In this document: positions 59,789 through 64,000 of the stretch, in pieces
Layout: every line of letters starts with the position of its first letter
Position numbering within the stretch: position 1 is the first letter of the stretch
Origin: an uncultured delta proteobacterium
GTDB taxonomy: Bacteria > Desulfobacterota > Desulfobacteria > Desulfobacterales > UBA2156
Assembly (NCBI GenBank): GCA_963736855.1
Contig: CAVTQK010000009.1
Location: 619,769-683,768 of the forward strand
Reading direction: 5' to 3'
DNA: 64,000 nt
Position numbers and translations under genes: made by a program
Notes under the pieces: generated by a model
What the model was told of the DNA's origin: nothing
Database searches by the model: none
Seen by the model: only the letters and a program-made list of their open reading frames with translations

Positions 59789-60858
59789 ATGAAATTCTAC
59801 ACTCAGCAACATCGGCATTACTGCGGAATCGACCTGCACGCCAGAAAAATGTACGTCTGTATCATCGACCAAAAAGGCAAAGTCCGGGTTCATGAAAATA
59901 TCCAAACCGATTCTGAACAGTTCTTCGAGCTGATTTTTCCGTTTATAGAAGATGTCGTTGTCGGCGTCGAATGCGTTTTCTGCCCCGCCTTTCAGGCGGG
60001 ATCTTCGACTGGCAACGGGTTGCCGATCTCTGCGCCGCACATAAAATTCCGTTTGTTCTCGGCCATGCATTATACATGAAAGCCATCCACGGCGGCAAAA
60101 CAAAAAACGACAAGATCGATTCCTATAAAATCGCCCTGCTACTCAAAGGGGGAAATTTCCCCACGGCTTACTCCTATCCGTCCGAATGGCGGGCCACACG
60201 CGATCTGTTGAGAAGACGCATGTACATCGCCCGGCGCTGCGGAGAACTGGTGGCCCATATCCAGAACACCAACACTCAATACAATCTGCCGGCCTTCAAG
60301 AAAAAGCTTACACGCAAATACAATCATGAAGGTGTGCCGGAACGCTTCGAAGATCCGGAAGTCCGAAAAAGCGTTGAAGTCGATCTGGCCATGATCGATT
60401 CACTCAATCAGATCCTGAGACAGCTGGAATGGCATATCGAAAAAACCGCCCGACAGCAGGATTACCACATGCTGTATCTGCTGCGCTCCACCCCGGGGGT
60501 CGGTCAAATCCTGGCCCTGGTAATTCTGTATGAAGTCCACGATATCCGACGCTTCCCAAGAGTTCAGGACTTTTCGTCATATGCCAGGCTCATCCGACCC
60601 GTCAAAGAATCCGACGGCAAATGGGCCGGTTACTCCAATAAGAAAATCGGCAACCACCACCTAAAATGGGCCATCAAAGAGGCGGCCATCCTGTTCCTGA
60701 GGGAATCCGAACAGGCCAAAAAATACGTGGCCAAGCTCGAACGAAAATACAACAAGGGAAAAGCCCTGGGGATCTTTACACACAAATTGGGACGGGCCAT
60801 CTATTTCATGCTCAAAAACAAGGAGGCATTTAACATGAAGCACTTCTTTGCCGAATGA
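59789..60858 (+). pseudogene. IS110-family recombinase, frameshifted by a 26-nt insertion
   Basis: GIDLH, VE, KNDKID, PGVG, F.SYARL...ES.GK, GN..LKW in two frames. Confidence 0.9.
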
Positions 60859-61460
60859 TCTTGGGGCTGGGAGATGTCAGCTTGTGGCCTAACTGAGATC
60901 TCATGGGTGGATCCGAACCTCTGTACTTATTGCTTGCAGCACGACTGCTCAAAAGAGTGGACCAAATACCCGAAGCTCATCGCGCTTGATTGGCGGTATC
61001 CCCCGGTCCCAACCCAATATACCGATACCTTGAAATGAGAAGGATCGCGTTCTGCCCCTTATTCGAGTGACGCCCTAACTGGATGCTCCGCCCACAGCGG
61101 ACAAGCCGATTCGCTTTGAGTGCGCCGGATCAAGGGTACCGAAATATATTCTGAAGCTGCCGGATGGCAGCACGCTGATTGTCAAAGAACACCTTGACGT
61201 ATCAGTCAATCCCGATAGATGTTTGGTGCAGACGCGTTATAAAAACGCCCTGACGCCCAAAGATGACCGGAAAAGCGAGCTTATAAGCGAGCGAATCACA
61301 AATGGCCATTTCCTTACCGGGAACAGTTCCGTGAACTTTTTCATGGAACTGTTCAACCGAAAGCCAGAATCAGCGGATCGCTCATTAAGGAATCTGATTC
61401 AAAGATGGAAGATTTATTCTCTATTCTTTTTCCTTCCGATCTTTTAAGGAATTATTTTAT
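60859..61460 (+). ncRNA. candidate bridge/seek RNA region
   Basis: long ORF-poor region between the transposase and right IR, with GCCTAACT (60887) and CCCTAACT (61073); boundaries unknown. Confidence 0.55.
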
Positions 61461-61565
61461 TGACATCCGAAGGCCATATAGAAGTTAGGCAATTAATCAC
61501 TCGATCCCCGAAGCATGAATAGTACAAGTTCGGGAGCAAATAGACCCCTTAAATGTGTTTTAAAA

Positions 61566-62108
61566 TTAGAGACCAGCTGGGATTTTTGAGTGCATCATTT
61601 TCTTTCGGTCCAACTTACGCCCATCCACTATAAAAGTTCCATCGCCAACTGCATGAACAGTTCGCTTCTCCTTTCGTGAATTATCAAAGTACGCAGCAAC
61701 GCCTTCGAGGACGACGATATTGTGCTTCTTGACGATATCGACAACTTTGCACTCGATATTCGCCATACATTCTTTTATCAAGGGCGCTTTGACATGCTTT
61801 CCCTTCACGGGGGTCAACATGAACTTTTCAAATTTGTCTGTATCAGCGCCTGAACATGTTCCCACTCCAACGACCTTATCAAGCATGTCAACTGTGGGAA
61901 GTGCAATAACACACTCCTTCGTTTTACGAAGAGCATCAAAGGAATAGTTCCAGGGCCCAGTGGTCATGGCAAATATCGGCGTAAAGTCCACCACCATGGT
62001 CCACGAGATCGTCATTATATTGTTCTTCTTTCCGTCATGTGTCGTAACAAGAACAACTGGACCAGATTCGATCAACGTAAACGCTTTACTGATCTGCATT
62101 TTTCTCAT
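61566..62108 (-). CDS. flavin reductase-like FMN-binding protein
   Basis: GPVVLVTT...NIMTISW, VGTCSG...DKF, APLIKEC.ANIEC. Confidence 0.88.
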   Translation of the reverse strand: MRKMQISKAFTLIESGPVVLVTTHDGKKNNIMTISWTMVVDFTPIFAMTTGPWNYSFDALRKTKECVIALPTVDMLDKVVGVGTCSGADTDKFEKFMLTPVKGKHVKAPLIKECMANIECKVVDIVKKHNIVVLEGVAAYFDNSRKEKRTVHAVGDGTFIVDGRKLDRKKMMHSKIPAGL

Positions 62109-62134
62109 GTGCACACACGCTCCTATTTTTGTTT

Positions 62135-62218
62135 GCCTAATGGGCGCCGGTTCACCTGCGGAACCGGGGACAAATTTATTTGGACACGGGGACGTCAGGT
62201 GTAACCGCGTTGTTCTGC
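62135..62218 (-). other. attC site with R' = ATT
   Basis: minus strand GCAGAAC-AACGC-GGTTACAC...GTGAACC-GGCGCCC-ATTAGGC. Confidence 0.75.
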
Positions 62219-62285
62219 CGCGCTTGCGCGGCGGGACAACCGGTTGGCAAACCGGCGCCCATTCTCGCCGACGCGCAAGCGGCGG

Positions 62286-62348
62286 CGAGAACGTAGCCAT
62301 CATCCGGAGCGCGCTGTTTGCGCGATCGGGTGCATGGCATGGTTCAAG
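62286..62348 (-). other. attC site
   Basis: plus strand CGAGAAC GTAGC CATCATCC...GGGTGCATG GCATG GTTCAAG. Confidence 0.75.
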
Positions 62349-63991
62349 TAAGCCGCTGTGCGGCAGAAAAACCTTCCAGTCATTTTTTCAATTAAGCCCA
62401 TCCGCGGTAAGTTGCAAAAGCTTATAGTCTTCTGGCATACCTCTCATATCGGATCCCCATCCAATAAACCCTTCAAAGAAAGGAGAGAGGTTATGATGAA
62501 AGACTATTACCAAAATTCCATGAGAGCCCTGCAACTTGCCGGAATGAGCCAGCGTACCCAAGCATGCTATACACGATCGGTTCGCATGCTCGCTGATTTT
62601 TACTCAATACGCACCAGAATATGTCCGCCGCTTCGGCGATGCCATGCCAAATGAACACAGAAAAGTGATTAATGCCATCATTGACTGCCGTGCTCAAAGC
62701 TGCTGCATGGCCATTTACCAGTGTGAAAAATGTCACAGCTCCCATTCCGTGTTCCGATCCTGCGGCAACCGGCATTGCCCCTTCTGCCAGAATCATAAAA
62801 CCAAAATGTGGCTTGCCTGGCAGACCAAACGACAACTCCCGGGACACCATTTTATGATCACCTTTACCGTCCCCGAACAATTACGTCGCTTTATCCGCAG
62901 CAACCAGCGGCTCTGCTATGCGGCATTGTTCAAAGCCTCCGCCGACACTCTTAAAAAACTTTCTTGTGATCCAAAATACATCGGCGGCGATCTTCCCGGT
63001 TTCTTCGGCGTGCTGCATACCTGGGGCCGACAGCTGCAGTATCATCCGCATATCCACTACATCGTCGCCGGCGGCGCTTTGTCCAGAAAAGAAAATAAAT
63101 GGCATCGCGCTCGCATCGATTTTTATCTGCCGGTCCGGGCCATGTCCAAAATGTTTTCCGCTAAATTCCGCGATGAAATGAAAAAAGCAGCACTTTTAAG
63201 CGCTATTCCCGCCGACGTATGGTCAATCGATTGGAATGTGAACTGTTAACCCGTGGGCAGCAGCAGGCACAGCGTCCGATATCTGGCCCCCTATGTGTTT
63301 AAGGTCGCCATCTCCAATCGCCGTATCGTTAAGGTACAAGATCGCAACGTCTTCATTCGTTATAAGAAAAAAGATAGCCGGCGCTGGCGCGCCATCTCCC
63401 CCTTGATATCATGGAATTTCTAAGACGCTTCTTACAGCACGTTCTGCCAACCGGCTTTATGAAGGTCCGTTACTATGGCTTTTTGCACCCTTGTTCCTCT
63501 GTTCCGTTGAATAAGATCCGCACGCTAATACAAATAGCTTATGGGTTTGAAATTGCCTGCCGCAAAGCATCCTTTGCGCCGCATACACCGCCAATCTGCC
63601 CGCATTGCGGCGGCAAAATGAAATACCTCTATTCGGTGCTGCCGCTTATGATGGCCCCGGCAGGGCACGGATAAACAGGTTTGAGGGTCGCTTATCTTTC
63701 ATCAATTCGCTGCCTGATAATCCGGCGGCACAGGATAGCTGCACCTGCGGCTGTCAAAACGATGCGCTGTACGGTTCTGCTTGTCAAAGAACGGTCGATT
63801 CTTAGCTGATTCTGAAAGACAAACGGTTCGATTTCAGTGACCGGCTCCGATTTTAGCCAGCAGCGCCATACCCCGGCTAAACCCTCCCTGATACCTCTCC
63901 AAGCATTACCCCTAATAAATAGTGCGCCCTGTCCGGACTTCTTGAACAATGGATTGAAAACGACCTTCCAGGTCGTGTCAATCCTTATAGG
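62343..63991 (+). mobile_element. tyrosine recombinase (N-terminal remnant) + IS91-like Y2 transposase element, degenerate
   Basis: LQLAGMSQRTQACY; CGNRHCPFCQ, HTWG...HPHIH, RYLAPY, EFLRRFLQHVLP.GF.KVRYYG; internal deletion, stop at 63247, later frameshift. Confidence 0.88.
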
Positions 63992-63997
63992 TTAGAC
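63941..63997 (+). other. attC-like hairpin at the element's right end
   Basis: CTTGAAC-AAT-GGATTGA-AA-ACGACC..GGTCGT-G-TCAATCC-TTATAG-GTTAGAC. Confidence 0.65.
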
Positions 63998-64000
63998 ATT

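Larger units (their letters stand above)
59596..61483 (+). mobile_element. IS110-family (IS1111-type) element inserted in attC
   Basis: sub-terminal IRs ATGGCCTTC (59606) / GAAGGCCAT (61469), transposase, ~620-nt 3' non-coding end; exact ends uncertain by a few nt. Confidence 0.88.

Noticed and set aside
59789..60079. Programmed frameshift in the IS110 transposase
   Set aside because: No slippery sequence; the shift is fully explained by the 26-nt insertion.
41927..63997. CRISPR array or integron integrase
   Set aside because: No regularly spaced identical repeats and no cas genes. The only recombinase pieces are N-terminal fragments belonging to the Y2 elements, not IntI.

Overview
The window has two parts. 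Bases 1 to ~38,100 are core genome of an anaerobic Gram-negative bacterium; the gene set suggests Desulfobacterota (inference). This part holds an MFS transporter, a SWIB-like protein, a KamA-type radical SAM enzyme, miaA, asparaginase, asnS, apt, mtnP, selB, a hutH-larA-like-icd-acnA-korDABC-hemW cluster, a GcvT-SHMT fusion, mltG (frameshifted), nagZ, tsaD, a WecA-like fusion, purM, an aminotransferase, hom, thrH, rfaE1 and tRNA-fMet. It also carries four copies of a structured intergenic repeat. After the tRNA lie a broken island (sce7726 plus a beta-protein remnant cut by an IS1634-like element) and a ~22 kb decaying integron cassette array. The array has about 20 attC sites whose top strand is the minus strand. 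No intI is in the window; it would be expected beyond the right edge. Cassettes include 7-8 toxin-antitoxin modules and metabolic genes. Three kinds of element sit in attC sites: a class C group II intron, an IS110/IS1111 element with a long 3' non-coding region, and tyrosine-recombinase + Y2(HUH) transposase elements. The best candidate for a new system is the last type. Its ends (GTTCAAG...CTTGAAC-hairpin-GTT) are built like a self-contained gene cassette inserted in inverted orientation at G|TT of a resident attC. All protein family calls are motif recognition by eye; no searches were run.
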